64,000 nt of DNA from Nannocystis bainbridge (GTDB lineage: Bacteria > Myxococcota_A > Polyangia > Nannocystales > Nannocystaceae): contig NZ_JAQNDL010000001.1 of the NCBI RefSeq assembly GCF_028368995.1, positions 608,001 to 672,000 of the forward strand. The letters run 5' to 3'. Made by a program: the position numbers and the translations under genes. Positions within the stretch are counted from its first letter, which is position 1. Every line of letters starts with the position of its first letter. Shown here piece after piece: positions 19,716-30,747 of this stretch. Under the pieces are notes generated by a model. It saw only the letters and a list, made by a program, of their open reading frames with translations. It did not search any database and was not told where the DNA came from.

Positions 19716-20261
19716 GTGCGTCGCTGCGGGATCCAGGCTGTCCTTTGCGCCCTGTCCCTCGGCGCATGTCCTGAAGACCAGGCCCAGGACCCGCTCGACC
19801 CGGAGCTGCTGATCGCGCTGAGCGAGGCCGGCGGCGACGGCCGCGGCGAGGCGCACAGCGGCCGCTACGTCACCACCGGCGAGGTGCTCGAGTGCGACTG
19901 CCCGACGCGCATGGGCGTCGACCTGTGCGGCGGCGGCTCGGCCCAGCTGATCGGCATCGACGGCCCGGCCAAGGTCGTGCAGATCGATGGGTGGCTGACC
20001 TTCCAGCCCGAGGTCGCGGCGCTGCCGTGGGCGCTGTCCGGCGCGATCGACCGCGACCGCGGCTTCGCCCTCGGCGGCATCTCGGGGCTGGCCATCGGCC
20101 TGTTCACGGTCGGCCTCTACGCCCGCTTCGACGGCGAGTTCACGGCCGAGGGCGGCCTGCGCGGGGAACTCGCCCATCGCCTGCTCGGCGAGCTCCCCGA
20201 CGGCCGCATCGACTGCCGCACCACCTACGCAGTGACGGGCGCGCGCACACCCGACGCCTGA
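19716..20261 (+). CDS. Hypothetical lipoprotein
   Basis: Lipobox LSLGAC; coding-type codon bias. Confidence 0.7.
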   Translation: MRRCGIQAVLCALSLGACPEDQAQDPLDPELLIALSEAGGDGRGEAHSGRYVTTGEVLECDCPTRMGVDLCGGGSAQLIGIDGPAKVVQIDGWLTFQPEVAALPWALSGAIDRDRGFALGGISGLAIGLFTVGLYARFDGEFTAEGGLRGELAHRLLGELPDGRIDCRTTYAVTGARTPDA

Positions 20262-20416
20262 GCGCCGCAGTCGCGCAGGCATCGGAGCGCCGTCACGCAG
20301 ACGCTGCGTCGCCGCCGTGCCTCGAGGCGCCGACTCGTGAAGCGGGCCACCGCGATCCGGCAGAAGCCGGTGCGGTTGCCCGAGGGCCGGCCGTCCTGCG
20401 GCCGCCCGATCGCGGC

Positions 20417-20914
20417 TCACACCCGCGGGCCCTTGCGCTCGCCCCGGTCGCCCCGGCCGTCGCGGCCGCCGTCACGCCCGCCGCGGAAGTGGCCCTTGCC
20501 CTTGCCTTCCTTGTGCTTGGCCTTGAACTCCGCCATCTTGGCCCGCTGCGCCGGGGTCAGGACCGCGTCGATCTTGGCCTTCATCGCCTCGCGCTCGCTC
20601 TTGGCGACGGTCTCGTGGGCCGCCAGCTGCTCGCGCAGCGTCTTGACCTTGGCCGCGTCGAACGAGGGCTTGGCGTACTCGGCGGCGATCTGCTGATTCA
20701 GGTCGCGCATGGCCGAGCGCTCGGCCTTGATGGTCGGCTTGTGGCTGTCGCGGATCTGCGTCAGCTGCGTCTGCTGGGCCGCCGAGCATTCGAGCTTCTC
20801 GCACATCTTCGCGCCGCGGTCGCCGTGGTGCTTGCCCGCCTCGGCGTCGCCCGCCGCGAACATGGTCAGGCCAAACACAGTCGTCATCACCAGCTTCGAA
20901 ATCGTGGTCAGCAT
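20417..20914 (-). CDS. Spy/CpxP-family periplasmic chaperone (LTXXQ)
   Basis: Signal peptide; helical body; VLTPAQRAK motif. Confidence 0.85.
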   Translation of the reverse strand: MLTTISKLVMTTVFGLTMFAAGDAEAGKHHGDRGAKMCEKLECSAAQQTQLTQIRDSHKPTIKAERSAMRDLNQQIAAEYAKPSFDAAKVKTLREQLAAHETVAKSEREAMKAKIDAVLTPAQRAKMAEFKAKHKEGKGKGHFRGGRDGGRDGRGDRGERKGPRV

Positions 20915-20997
20915 CGTGGTTCCTTTCGTCTCGGCTGGTTCGACGCGGCCCCGGCTTCGCTATGCGCCCCGTCGCGCAAAGCGGGGGCCACGGGGAC

Positions 20998-21013
20998 GTA
21001 AAGCGAGCGTAAC
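20998..21013. promoter_or_regulatory. Possible CpxR/OmpR-type direct-repeat box upstream of the spy-like gene
   Basis: GTAAA-N6-GTAAC, about 84 bp upstream of the 20914 start; the CpxR consensus is GTAAA-N5-GTAAA. Confidence 0.35.
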
Positions 21014-21241
21014 CGGAGGGCATCGGCGCTCTCCGCGGCGCTGCGGACCGCGCCGGAGCGTACGGCTCATCCATAAAAGACCCGGCGGTAACCCGAGCCG
21101 GGGTCATGGCGCTGGAGGCGTGACGACATCGGCGCGCTCGCCGTCCCATCGCACACCTGCCCTTTCAGACAGGCGCCCACGCCGCCGCCTGCGCTTTCGG
21201 GCAGGCCGCGCGTCGGCCCGCCTGCCCGTTCGGGCCGGCGC

Positions 21242-23260
21242 CTACTCCGCCTCGCCCGGCGGGTGGAACACGTAGTTGTGCTGGGCCTGGCGGGCCGCGC
21301 GGGGGAACTCGAGCCGCAGCACCACCTTGCGCAGGCAGTCCGACAGCGGGCTCGGTGCCATGCGCAGCTTCAGCACCTTGCCGCCGCGGCCGACCAGCGC
21401 GACGACTTCGACGTCGCCCGGCCCGTGCTCGTCGTAGCACTGGCGGACCCGCGGCGAGCGGTTGGTCCGCAGCAGGACCTTGCGGAAATCGCCTGCGCTC
21501 AGCTGATCGGCGCCGCCGTTGCCGGGCGCCGCGTCGTCGATCGCCTCGCCGGCCGAATCGACCGCCACCAGATCCTCCTCGGGGGCCGGCGTCGGCGTCG
21601 GCGCGGCCGGCTCGGGCTGGGCCACCCGCGCCAGCGTGGATGCCTCTTGGGACATGTCCGAACGGCCAGCCGTCGGCGTCGCCGGCGACTCTGGTTTCGG
21701 CGGGTGGTTGATCGCCGGCGGCGTGCCCGGCTTGTCGGCGGTGGCCCAGGCCTGCAGGCGCCAGCCGATCAGCGCGCACAGCCCCGCGATCACCAGCAAC
21801 CCGAGGGCCAGCTGGGTGTTGTTGCGGCTGGCGGGCGCCGGGCCGGCCCAGGTCGGCTCGACGCGGGTCGCCGGCGTCGTCATCGACGCGGTCACCGGGG
21901 CGCTGGGGGCCGTCGTCGAGGCGCTGAACGACAGCGACGGCCGCTCGCTCGCGTTCGGCGGCGGGATGATGAACGCCCGCGGGTCGCTCAACGAGGCCTG
22001 GGGCTCGCTGGCGGGCTCGGGCGCGGGCGCGGGCGGCGACGCGGCCGCGGCCGCGGCCGACAGCGGCGATGCGGCCACCGGCGGCGCCGTCGGCGGGCGC
22101 AGCGGCGGCTTGGTCGCCGGCCGGCTCGCCGACCTGGCGGGCCGACTGTCGGGCTTGCTGGCCGGCTTCGCCTCGGCGCGGCTCTCTTGCTTGCTCGCCG
22201 GCTTGCTGGCCCGCACCGGCGTCGCGGCCGCCTCGGGCTCGAGCTCCTCGACCAGCGCCGAGAGCGACGTGAGCGACGAGGCCGACAGCCCCTCGGGCTC
22301 GTCGTCCCTGACGTCGGGCAGCTCGGGCTCGACCTCGTACGACAGCACCGCCAGGTTCGGCGGCGGCTCGATGCGATGCAGGCCGGTGTCGATCGTGACC
22401 TGCCCCTTCGACGGTCGGTACGGCAGGTCGGCGCTCTCGAACACCTGGTCCCACGCCGAATCGATGGCGCCCTCGGCGTGCTGCGCCGCGTCGGCGACCC
22501 CTGGCCGTAGCGCATCGATCTCGGCGGCGCGCAGCTGCTGCGCCCACTCGGCCGCGCTCGGCCGCGAATGCCCGCGGACAACCTGCGCGATCGGGGCCAG
22601 CCACGGCGCCTCGGCCTCGCCCTTGCCGACCACCTCGAGCAGCACCGCCGCCAGCATCGACACGTCGGCCGACACGGCCGGCTCGGCGCCGGACAGGTGC
22701 GACGGCGCCTGCACGTCGAGGTCGACCAGCTTGACCCCGGCGTGGCTCCACACCAGGTTGCCCGGCGAAATCGCCCCGTGCGGGGCCCCGAGCGCGTGCA
22801 GCGTGGCCAGGCCCTCGGCCAGCTCGGCCGCCAGCTTGAGCAGGCCGGCGCCCTCGAAGCGTGGGTCGTTCTCGGCGTGGTAGAGGTTCTTGCCCTCCGC
22901 GTGCTCCATCACGGCGTACCACAGGCCGCCCATGGTGCCCTCGGCGAGAACCGCGGCGACGCACGGGTGGCGCACGCCGAGGCGCCTGCGGGCCCGCTCG
23001 GCGATCCGTCCGACCACCTCGCGCTGCTCCGGCGCCGCCAACACCTTGACCACCACCTGCTGGTTGCTGGCCTGGTCGCGGCCCGAGTAGACGCAGCCGA
23101 GGTCGCCGGAGCCGAGCAGCTCGGTCAGCACGTAGCGGCCGCCCAGCACGTGGCCGCGCAGGTCGCCGAGCACCTCGACCTCGGACGGCTTGCCGCCCTG
23201 CCCGACCGGCCCGCCGAGCATCTCCGGCAGCGGATCCTCGTCGAGCGGGATCGAGTGCAT
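21242..23260 (-). CDS. Membrane Ser/Thr pseudokinase with AgmX/TonB-C-like C-terminal domain (start uncertain)
   Basis: LGSGDLGCVY and VVKVL present, but HRD is HGA and DFG is DLD; TM helix; VRQCY...SDCLRKVVLRLEFP. Confidence 0.75.
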   Translation of the reverse strand: MHSIPLDEDPLPEMLGGPVGQGGKPSEVEVLGDLRGHVLGGRYVLTELLGSGDLGCVYSGRDQASNQQVVVKVLAAPEQREVVGRIAERARRRLGVRHPCVAAVLAEGTMGGLWYAVMEHAEGKNLYHAENDPRFEGAGLLKLAAELAEGLATLHALGAPHGAISPGNLVWSHAGVKLVDLDVQAPSHLSGAEPAVSADVSMLAAVLLEVVGKGEAEAPWLAPIAQVVRGHSRPSAAEWAQQLRAAEIDALRPGVADAAQHAEGAIDSAWDQVFESADLPYRPSKGQVTIDTGLHRIEPPPNLAVLSYEVEPELPDVRDDEPEGLSASSLTSLSALVEELEPEAAATPVRASKPASKQESRAEAKPASKPDSRPARSASRPATKPPLRPPTAPPVAASPLSAAAAAASPPAPAPEPASEPQASLSDPRAFIIPPPNASERPSLSFSASTTAPSAPVTASMTTPATRVEPTWAGPAPASRNNTQLALGLLVIAGLCALIGWRLQAWATADKPGTPPAINHPPKPESPATPTAGRSDMSQEASTLARVAQPEPAAPTPTPAPEEDLVAVDSAGEAIDDAAPGNGGADQLSAGDFRKVLLRTNRSPRVRQCYDEHGPGDVEVVALVGRGGKVLKLRMAPSPLSDCLRKVVLRLEFPRAARQAQHNYVFHPPGEAE

Positions 23261-23426
23261 CGTCCAGCTGCGTGGCCGACGCGGCTTGGGCCTGGAGTCG
23301 GGAGGACTTGCCGGTACAACCATGAGCGGGGGTGGCGAAAGCGTGCAACGGTTGGCGCCCGCGGTCAACGGCCTGCCCGCGGGCCGGGGTCCGCTCTTGC
23401 GCTCGCGCGGCCGCCCGCCGCCCCCA

Positions 23427-24713
<1,287 letters not shown>

Positions 24714-24798
24714 GTGCAGTCCTTTCGTTCGCCGCTCACGATCGCAGGCGCGCGATCAATCGGGCGTCAGGACAGCAGGAGCCGCGATCAAGAGCCGA

Positions 24799-25551
24799 TC
24801 AAGGCCGTGCCTGCGCCTGTGACCCGGATTCGTGCGCCTGCACCGCCGCCTCGACTTCGACGTGTCCGCGCAGGTACGCGACGTAGACGATCACGGGCAC
24901 CGTGTAGCGGAACGCCGGACCGGCCAGCTCCCACAGGCGAATCGCCTGATAGATCGGCCCTCCGGCGCGGCGCAGCACCAGCTTGAGGCCCGCGCGCAGC
25001 AAACTTTGCCGCACCTGCACCACCGCCGCCTCGCGCAGCTTGTCGGTCGCCACGTGCGCCGCGCGGCCCGGCAGCAGCGCCTTGCGCTCCGGCTGCGTGT
25101 GGGTCTGGAAGTCGTGAAGCACCGAGAGGTCCGGGACCCCCTCGGCGTAGGTCTCGCCGGCGTGGAACCCGTCGATCAGCACCTGCTGAATGTCGGTCGG
25201 CAGGGCGTCGAAGTTGGCGTCGAGGGCGTAGTGGACCACGCGGTGCTCGAGCGCCGGGAGCCCGCCCTCGGCTGGCTCTTCGGACAGGCGCAGCTCGGCC
25301 AGCGCGTCGCACACGATCTGCAAGTACGACTGTTTACCGGGCCCGGTGCGCCCGAGAACGCTGTGCGAGCCGAGCCGCGAGATCCGCTCGATCACCGCCG
25401 CGACCCGGTCGTCGCGCGTCGATCGGGGGTCGCGGAGCCGGCGGTCGACCCACAACAGGCCGGACGGCGGCCGGCCCAGGAACTCGATCAGCACGGCCAG
25501 CTCCGCTTCGCTGCAGGCCATCAGCACGGGCGTCAGATGTTCGTCGACCAT
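24799..25551 (-). CDS. YaaW/UPF0174-like protein
   Basis: SYLQIVCD and AGPAFRYTVPVIVYVAYLR resemble the YaaW GPAYRVTIPAV..IAYLR motif. Confidence 0.65.
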   Translation of the reverse strand: MVDEHLTPVLMACSEAELAVLIEFLGRPPSGLLWVDRRLRDPRSTRDDRVAAVIERISRLGSHSVLGRTGPGKQSYLQIVCDALAELRLSEEPAEGGLPALEHRVVHYALDANFDALPTDIQQVLIDGFHAGETYAEGVPDLSVLHDFQTHTQPERKALLPGRAAHVATDKLREAAVVQVRQSLLRAGLKLVLRRAGGPIYQAIRLWELAGPAFRYTVPVIVYVAYLRGHVEVEAAVQAHESGSQAQARP

Positions 25552-25681
25552 GGTCGCCCGCAGGGTACTCCTCGCGCGGCCCGCCGGCCATCGCCTGCGC
25601 ACCACGGGCCCTGGCCCCCCCGGCGCGAGCACGCGCTCTCAGCCATTGAGACGGCCGGGCCGGTCGGGCAAGATCGGCGCG

Positions 25682-28627
25682 GTGGAGGTCGAGCCGACGC
25701 CCTCGCAGGACACCTCGGTGACCGGCGAGATCACCGGGGAGGGTGAGCTCCCGCAGGCCCCTGGCGCGTCGGTCGACGACCTGTCCCCAGGGACATGTGT
25801 CGGCCGCTACATCATCCTCGGTCGCCTCGGCGCCGGCGCCATGGGCGTCGTCTACGCCGCCTTCGACCCCGAGCTCGACCGCAAGATCGCCCTCAAGCTG
25901 CTGAACTCCGGCGGCAGCGCCCGGCTCGACGCCCGCGCCCGCCTGCTGCGCGAGGCCAAGTCGCTGGCCCGCCTGTCGCACCCGAACGTGGTCGGCGTCC
26001 ACGACGTCGGCACCTACGGCGACCACATCTTCCTCGCCATGGAGTTCGTCCCCGGGCGCACGCTCACCGCCTGGCTCAAAGAACAGCCGCGGCGCTGGCC
26101 CCAGGTGCTGGAGGTCATGCGCTGCGCCGGCGAGGGCCTGGCCGCCGCCCACGCCGCCGGCCTGGTCCACCGCGACTTCAAGCCCGACAACATCCTCATC
26201 GGCGACGACGGCCGCGCTCGCGTCCTCGACTTCGGCCTCGCGCGCGCCTCCGGCGAGGCGCCCGAGAACCTCTCGAACGACAGCGAGGCGCTCGCCGCCA
26301 TCGCCTCCGCCTCGACCTCCGGCGCCCACCGCTCGCGCGCCCACGCAGCCGAGCTCGCCCTCGTCACCCGCACCGGCGCGCTGATCGGCACGCCCGCGTA
26401 CATGTCCCCCGAGCAGCACCTCGGCCGCCCCGCCGACGCGCTCAGCGATCAGTTCTCGTTCTCGATCGCCCTCTACCAGGCGCTCTACGGCGTGCGCCCG
26501 TTCAGCGGCGCGCGCCTGTCGTCCCTCGCCTATCAGATCATGAAGGGCAAGGTCGAGGCCCCGCCCGCCGGCTCGCAGGTCCCGGGCTGGCTGCGCAAGG
26601 TGGTCGTCCGCGGCCTCGCGCTCGACGCCGAGGACCGCTGGCCGTCGATGCGCGCCATGCTGACCGCCCTCGCCCGCGAGCGCGGCCTCGGTAGGCCCGG
26701 CGCCTGGCTGCTCGGCGGCCTCGCCGGCCTCGGCTTCGGCCTGGCGCTGTGGCTCACCCGCGACCCCGCCGTCAGCCCGTGCCAGGGCAGCGCGCAGCGG
26801 CTCGCGGGGATCTGGGACGCGGCCCGCGTCGCCGAGATCCAGCAGGCCTTCCTCGCCTCGGGGGCGCCCTACGCCGCCGACGCCTGGCAGAGCGTCGACA
26901 AGGCGCTCTCGGCCTACGCCCAGCGATGGGTCGCGGCCCACCACGACGCCTGCGCCGCGACGCACATCTACGGCGAGCAGTCGGAGCGCATCCTCGACCT
27001 CCGCACCCGCTGCCTGAACCGCCACCTCGGCCGCTTCAAGGCCCTCAGCGACGGCCTCGCCCGCGCCGGCGCCGGCACCATCGAGCACGCCCCCGAGGCC
27101 GCCTCGCTGCTCGGCGACCTCTCGACCTGCGCCGACGCCGAGGCGCTCGACAGCGTGGTCCCGGCCCCCGAAGATCCCGCCAAGGTCGCCGACGTCGAGG
27201 CCCGCCTGGCCGACGCCGGGGCCCAGGAGCTGGCCGGCGACTACACGCGAGCCTTCGAGCTGGCGCTGCTGGCCGTCAACGAGGCGACCGCCCTCGCCTA
27301 TGCGCCGCTCGAGGCCGAGGCGCTGCGGGTGCGCGCGCGGATCCAGCGGCGCCTGGCTCGCCACGACATGAGCGCCGAGTCGCTCACCGCCGCCATCGCC
27401 GCCGCCGCCCGCGGCCGCGACGATCACACCGCCGCGACCGCCTGGACCGACCTCGTCTACCACGTCGGCACCCACAAGCCCGACGCCGTCCGCCTCGACG
27501 CCCACCGCCTCGCCGCCGAGGCCGCGATCGTGCGCGCCGGCGACGACGCCTCGCTGCGGGCCCGCCTCGACCTCGGCGTCGCCAACGGCCTGCGCCTGCT
27601 CGGCCGCTACGACGAGGCCCTCGCCCCGGCCCAGCGCGCGCTCGCGCTGTACGAGCGCGACGACCCCGGCAACGCCCACAACCTCGCCGACGCGCTGCAC
27701 AGCCTCGCGCTGATCCACCAGCGCCGAAACCACGTGGCCGACGCCCAGCGGGCCTTCGACCGCGCCATCGCGGCCCACGAGCGCGCCTACGGCCGGGCCC
27801 ACCCGGTCACCGCCAGCGTCCTCAGTCACGCCGCCGTGCTCGCGCTCGAGCAGGGCGACCTCGATCGCGCCGACGCGCTCGCGCGCGAGGCCCACGACGT
27901 GCGCCAGCGGAGCTTGCCCCGAGGCAACGTCGCCCTCGCCGAGTCGGCCCGGATCCTCGCCGAGATCGCGGCCCTGCGCGGCGACCTGGATGGCGCCCAG
28001 GCCCGCTACGACGAGGCGCTGGCGATCTACCGCGACCAGCCCGACGTCGACGCCATGCACCGGGCCACCCTGCACAACGACCTCGCCATCCTGGCCGACC
28101 AGCGCGGCGACCTGCCCGGCGCGCGCCAGCACTACCGGGACGCGCTCGAGCTGTACCGCCAGCGCTTCGGCTTCGAGCACGTGTACGCGCGGATCGTCGA
28201 GCGCAACCTCGTCGAGGTCGCGCTGTGGCTCGGCGATCCGGCGGCCGCGTTGACGCTGGCCGATCGGCTGATCGCCAGCGCCCCGCGCGAGCCGCCGATC
28301 GAGCCGCCGGTGCCCTACGTGCTGGCCTTGCGGGCCCAGGCCCTGCTCGCGCTCGGCCGCGACGCCGAGGCGCGCGAGGCCGCCGAGCGCGCCGTCGCCG
28401 ACCTCGACGCGCACCTCGGCGGCGCCCCGGACGCCGAAGAGGCGGCGATCGTGCGCGCCACCCTGGCCCGCGTGCTCCCGACCGGCGGCGACGACGGCAA
28501 GCGGCGGCTGGCGCTGATGCTGCTCGCCGAGCCCGAGCTGCGCCGCGCCGCCGAGGCCAAGAAGACCGCCGCCGCGCGAGCGCTGGCCGCCGTGCACGAC
28601 CTGGCCTCGCCGCCCTCGCGACCTTGA
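25682..28627 (+). CDS. Ser/Thr protein kinase with TM helix and TPR repeats (start approximate)
   Basis: LGAGAMGVVY, IALK, HRDFKPDN, DFGLA, GTPAYMSPE; TPR-like helical repeats. Confidence 0.92.
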   Translation: MEVEPTPSQDTSVTGEITGEGELPQAPGASVDDLSPGTCVGRYIILGRLGAGAMGVVYAAFDPELDRKIALKLLNSGGSARLDARARLLREAKSLARLSHPNVVGVHDVGTYGDHIFLAMEFVPGRTLTAWLKEQPRRWPQVLEVMRCAGEGLAAAHAAGLVHRDFKPDNILIGDDGRARVLDFGLARASGEAPENLSNDSEALAAIASASTSGAHRSRAHAAELALVTRTGALIGTPAYMSPEQHLGRPADALSDQFSFSIALYQALYGVRPFSGARLSSLAYQIMKGKVEAPPAGSQVPGWLRKVVVRGLALDAEDRWPSMRAMLTALARERGLGRPGAWLLGGLAGLGFGLALWLTRDPAVSPCQGSAQRLAGIWDAARVAEIQQAFLASGAPYAADAWQSVDKALSAYAQRWVAAHHDACAATHIYGEQSERILDLRTRCLNRHLGRFKALSDGLARAGAGTIEHAPEAASLLGDLSTCADAEALDSVVPAPEDPAKVADVEARLADAGAQELAGDYTRAFELALLAVNEATALAYAPLEAEALRVRARIQRRLARHDMSAESLTAAIAAAARGRDDHTAATAWTDLVYHVGTHKPDAVRLDAHRLAAEAAIVRAGDDASLRARLDLGVANGLRLLGRYDEALAPAQRALALYERDDPGNAHNLADALHSLALIHQRRNHVADAQRAFDRAIAAHERAYGRAHPVTASVLSHAAVLALEQGDLDRADALAREAHDVRQRSLPRGNVALAESARILAEIAALRGDLDGAQARYDEALAIYRDQPDVDAMHRATLHNDLAILADQRGDLPGARQHYRDALELYRQRFGFEHVYARIVERNLVEVALWLGDPAAALTLADRLIASAPREPPIEPPVPYVLALRAQALLALGRDAEAREAAERAVADLDAHLGGAPDAEEAAIVRATLARVLPTGGDDGKRRLALMLLAEPELRRAAEAKKTAAARALAAVHDLASPPSRP

Positions 28628-28849
28628 CCTGTCCCGAGCGACCTCCCCGAAAGGACAGGTCGGATCGGCCAGTCGATGACGTCGGCGAGTGCGGTTCGCG
28701 GCCCCTCGCCCCCAAAACACGCGCATGGAGGCAATGACGGATCGGTCGTTCGCTTCTCACGCGTCGCCCGCGGGGGTAAGTTCGACCGACCTACGAACCG
28801 GCTTGCTTACGGACTCCCGGCCGTCTTTCCCGGCCTGATCGGCACCGCC

Positions 28850-30550
28850 ATGCACAAATTCGACCTCCGCTCCTCCCTCGCGCTCGTCGGCGGCTTCGGC
28901 CTCCTCGTCGCCTGCCCCCCCGGCGGCGGCACCACCACCGAGACCGACACCGACACGTCCAGCAGCGAGACGAGCACGACCGAGCTGCCCGGCACCAGCG
29001 TGGCGCCGACCACCGATCCGACCACGACCACCGGGACCACCGTCCCGACCACGACCGAGACCACCACCGCGGCGACGACGACCACGACCACCACGACCAC
29101 CACCGGCGAGCCCGACGGGGCCCTGTGCGTCGCGCTGGGCGGCCAGGACGGGATCGCCGCGCTGGTCGCCGCCGCGGTCCAGGGCGTGCTGCTCGACGAC
29201 AAGATCAACGCCTATTTCCTCAACAGCGACGTCGACGGCGGCAACCTCGGAACCTGCCTCGAGAAGCAGCTCGGCGCGCTCGCCGGGTGCGACGGCGTCG
29301 AATACGACTGCCAGGACATGCAGGCCGCCCACGCCGGCCTCGGCATCTCGGCCCTCGATTTCGCCGACTTCGCCGCCGACTTCGCCGTCGCCCTCGACAC
29401 CCACCAGGCCAGCCACCCCGAGCTCGGCGACGACGACAAGGACACCATCCTGTCCGCGCTGGCGGCGATGGAGGCCGACATCGTCGAGGACCCCGACGGC
29501 GACCAGACCCTCTACCAGCGGCTCGGCCGCAAGCCGGCGCTGCGGGCCCTCGTCGGCGTCTCGGGCGAGGCCGGCTCGTTCCTCGACAACGTCGCCCTCG
29601 ACCCGGCGATCAACGGCTTCTTCGGCGCCGCCGACCACGCCCGCCTCAACACCTGCCTCACGCGCCAGCTCGGCGGCATCGACGGCCCGAGCAAGTACGG
29701 CCTCGAGGTCGACGCCCCCGCGCCCGCCGACCCGGGCGTCGCCGCCGCCAACCCCTGCAAATCGATGGCCGAGGCGCACGAGGGCCTGACCGACGCCAAG
29801 GACATGGGCGGCATCGACATCATGGACTTCGGCGCCCTGCTGGGCGACCTCGTCGCCGCCATGAACACCTTCATGGTCCCCCAGCCCGACCAGGACGTGC
29901 TGCTCGGCGTGCTCGGCTCGATGTGCGAGGACATCGTCATGCTGTCGGCCAAGAACGACTGCCCGACGGCGCAGAAGCTCGAGGTCGTCGAGGCGACCGC
30001 GATCGGCGGCATGGTGATCGACGAGATCTACGACGGGTCGTTCGCCACCATGTGGTGCCACGAGATCGAGGTCCCCGACGACCCGATCAACTTCGTGCGC
30101 GGCGTCGAGCTCAAGCTCGGCATCAACCACAACTGGGTCGGCGACCTCACCGTCAAGCTGATCAGCCCCGAGGACAAGGTCCTCACCCTGGTCAGCCGCC
30201 CCGGCCTGCTCGAGATGAACGACGACGGCGGCGGCTGCTGCGGCGACAGCGCCAACCTCTCGAAGGACTTCCCGCTCACGTTCAAGGACGGGGCCCTCCA
30301 CGCCGCCGAGGACCTCGGCAAGGCGCTCGCCAACACCAACCAGGTGGTCTGCAAGGACGACGGCATCAACCCGTGCGAGTGGGCGCCCAGCCCCGGCTCG
30401 GGCCCGGGCATGAGCTTCGCCGACTTCTTCGGCGACACCGCGACCGGCACCTGGCGCCTGTGCGTCGCCGACTCCAACATCAACGACGCCGGCCTGGTCG
30501 ACTCGATCGCGCTCGCCGTCCAGCGCGTCAAGTACGACCCGATGCCCTGA
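28850..30550 (+). CDS. Lipoprotein with two group-I truncated-globin domains and a proprotein-convertase P-domain
   Basis: Lipobox LLVAC; Thr linker; LGGQDGI..DDKINAYF..MQAAHAGLGI and LYQRLG..DPAINGFF..MAEAHEGL; HNWVGDLTVKLISP..GTWRLCVAD. Confidence 0.8.
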   Translation: MHKFDLRSSLALVGGFGLLVACPPGGGTTTETDTDTSSSETSTTELPGTSVAPTTDPTTTTGTTVPTTTETTTAATTTTTTTTTTGEPDGALCVALGGQDGIAALVAAAVQGVLLDDKINAYFLNSDVDGGNLGTCLEKQLGALAGCDGVEYDCQDMQAAHAGLGISALDFADFAADFAVALDTHQASHPELGDDDKDTILSALAAMEADIVEDPDGDQTLYQRLGRKPALRALVGVSGEAGSFLDNVALDPAINGFFGAADHARLNTCLTRQLGGIDGPSKYGLEVDAPAPADPGVAAANPCKSMAEAHEGLTDAKDMGGIDIMDFGALLGDLVAAMNTFMVPQPDQDVLLGVLGSMCEDIVMLSAKNDCPTAQKLEVVEATAIGGMVIDEIYDGSFATMWCHEIEVPDDPINFVRGVELKLGINHNWVGDLTVKLISPEDKVLTLVSRPGLLEMNDDGGGCCGDSANLSKDFPLTFKDGALHAAEDLGKALANTNQVVCKDDGINPCEWAPSPGSGPGMSFADFFGDTATGTWRLCVADSNINDAGLVDSIALAVQRVKYDPMP

Positions 30551-30595
30551 GCTCCGGGCCGGCGCCCGCTGGGCGCGCCGTCACGATCGCGCGAG

Positions 30596-30731
30596 GGACA
30601 TGTCCCCATGGACATGTCCCTCGTTCTCGCTCGCTATGGACATGTCCCGATGGACATGTCCCTCACGACCGGGCTGCCTGGACATGTCGCAGAGGACATG
30701 TCCCTCGCGACCGGGCCGTCAGGACATGTCC
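30596..30731. repeat. GGACATGTCC palindrome array: 7 copies on a 14-bp lattice (42-bp higher-order unit)
   Basis: Starts 30596, 30610, 30638, 30652, 30680 (GGACATGTCG), 30694, 30722; spacings 14/28. Confidence 0.95.
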
Positions 30732-30747
30732 CGACGGCCCGACGCGG

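Noticed and set aside
30596-30731. CRISPR array
   Set aside because: The repeat is only 10 bp, the intervening sequences are 4 or 18 bp and related to each other, and no cas genes are present
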